Below, piece after piece: positions 62,872-64,000 of a DNA stretch of 64,000 bases. A program made the translations under genes and the position numbers. The stretch is from Camelus ferus (Eukaryota), in NCBI RefSeq assembly GCF_009834535.1, contig NC_045697.1:40240001-40304000 (forward strand), given 5' to 3'. The number at the start of each line of letters is the position of its first letter. Position 1 is the first letter of the stretch. The notes under the pieces are model-generated. The model was not told the DNA's origin and did no database searches. It saw only the letters and a list, made by a program, of their open reading frames with translations.

Positions 62872-64000
62872 TTAGGTGGAAATTCTGATTCATAATTACT
62901 TCTATAAATTTAAATACTACCATATTTACCTTCCAGTTCTTGGGCTACAGTGAAAACCATCCTACCATAGAAGATTTGCTTTTTCCATTGTCATTTTTTT
63001 GTCTTCTTGTGAACTATAGGGAAATGGAGATGCTTTCAAAAAATGAGTGCTTAGTTCAATGCAAAATTTTAGACATTTGAGTACTTCTCAAGCCATGAAA
63101 GATTAAAATTTCAGTTTAAAAAATCTAAGCTACAGTATTATACCACAAAAATACTACTATTTCAATACTTAAAAAACAACATGGAATACTTAAAATAGGT
63201 ATTTTATTCAATCTTATTCTATTTTTTGACTGTTGGAAGTACACTTCTATTTAAAAGTTCTATTTTATTTTCTCTTTTTTTCCACAGGAATCAGTCTTTG
63301 CCTCCTCTGTTTCTTTAAAAGTATCTCGTGTAATAGATATTTTTCACATTTATCTTATTTCTTCTTTTAGGGAGATAAACTTAAAGGTAGACCCATGCCA
63401 TAGTCAACTTTGCATCCTTAGTCTGCCTGGTATAGTAGCTACACAAACCTCTACTTGATAAATATTTGTTGAACTCAACTATCTACCGTTATTCTTCCTC
63501 ATAGAAGAGCTGGCCTCACATTTCCCAATGCCTTACTGTGTCTTTCTTGTCATAACTAGGTGCTGAAGTCACTTGGGTGACTTCATAAAGGCATAGGTCA
63601 TGTTAAGAAAAAAATCTAATTCTGTGCTGTACTAATGTCCCTTTATTAATTTTCCATTGTCATCAGCTTCTTTTCAAAGTGATGGAAATTTCCACAAACA
63701 TTTTTAAAAATTTGACCTAAGCACTTATATTTAATCTCTTTGGGACTCTCTTTCATGAACAATGGAGAAAAATGATAGTTGTAGAATTTTTGGATTGACT
63801 TTTCAACGTCCTTAAAACTTTCTACAGAGAAAAAAAGGTGATTTACACAGTGCAGACTGGAGTGGTTCAATACATCCAGTTTTTTAACAACATTGTCAAT
63901 AAAAAAATTATCAGTTTACTTGGGGGACATCAAAGGTTGAATTGTTATATTGAAGCCTAGTACCTCACAATGTGCCCTTATTTAGAGATAGGGTCTTTAG

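Noticed and set aside
12400..64000. Neighbouring SIBLING genes (MEPE, IBSP), or PKD2 on the other side
   Set aside because: No acidic Ser/Asp/Glu-rich large exon, second RGD exon or CpG-island first exon is visible; they presumably lie outside the window.

Overview
Mammalian genomic DNA, probably camelid (inferred from the tRNA-derived SINE family and the L1 3' ends). It contains one complete protein-coding gene, SPP1 (osteopontin), on the minus strand at about 5.2-12.2 kb. I reconstructed all 7 exons with canonical GT-AG junctions; every coding junction is phase 0 and the precursor is 305 aa. The promoter and two poly(A) signals are also visible. The remaining ~52 kb upstream holds no recognisable gene and is filled with SINEs, L1, L2, MIR, MaLR/ERVL and hAT elements. 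I found no wholly new multi-gene system. The best leads are: (1) an intron-3 block nearly identical to the human OPN5 alternative exon but with ACG for ATG and a frameshift; (2) a divergent RGD-adjacent integrin motif, [10 protein letters not shown]; (3) a (CA)26 tract beside the promoter RUNX site and an unexpected CpG-rich patch about 2 kb upstream; (4) one clear and one probable L1 3' transduction; (5) a 32-bp perfect palindrome between 17-bp direct repeats. Repeat family names and orthologue comparisons are recalled from memory, not computed. Repeat boundaries are approximate unless target-site duplications (TSDs) are given.
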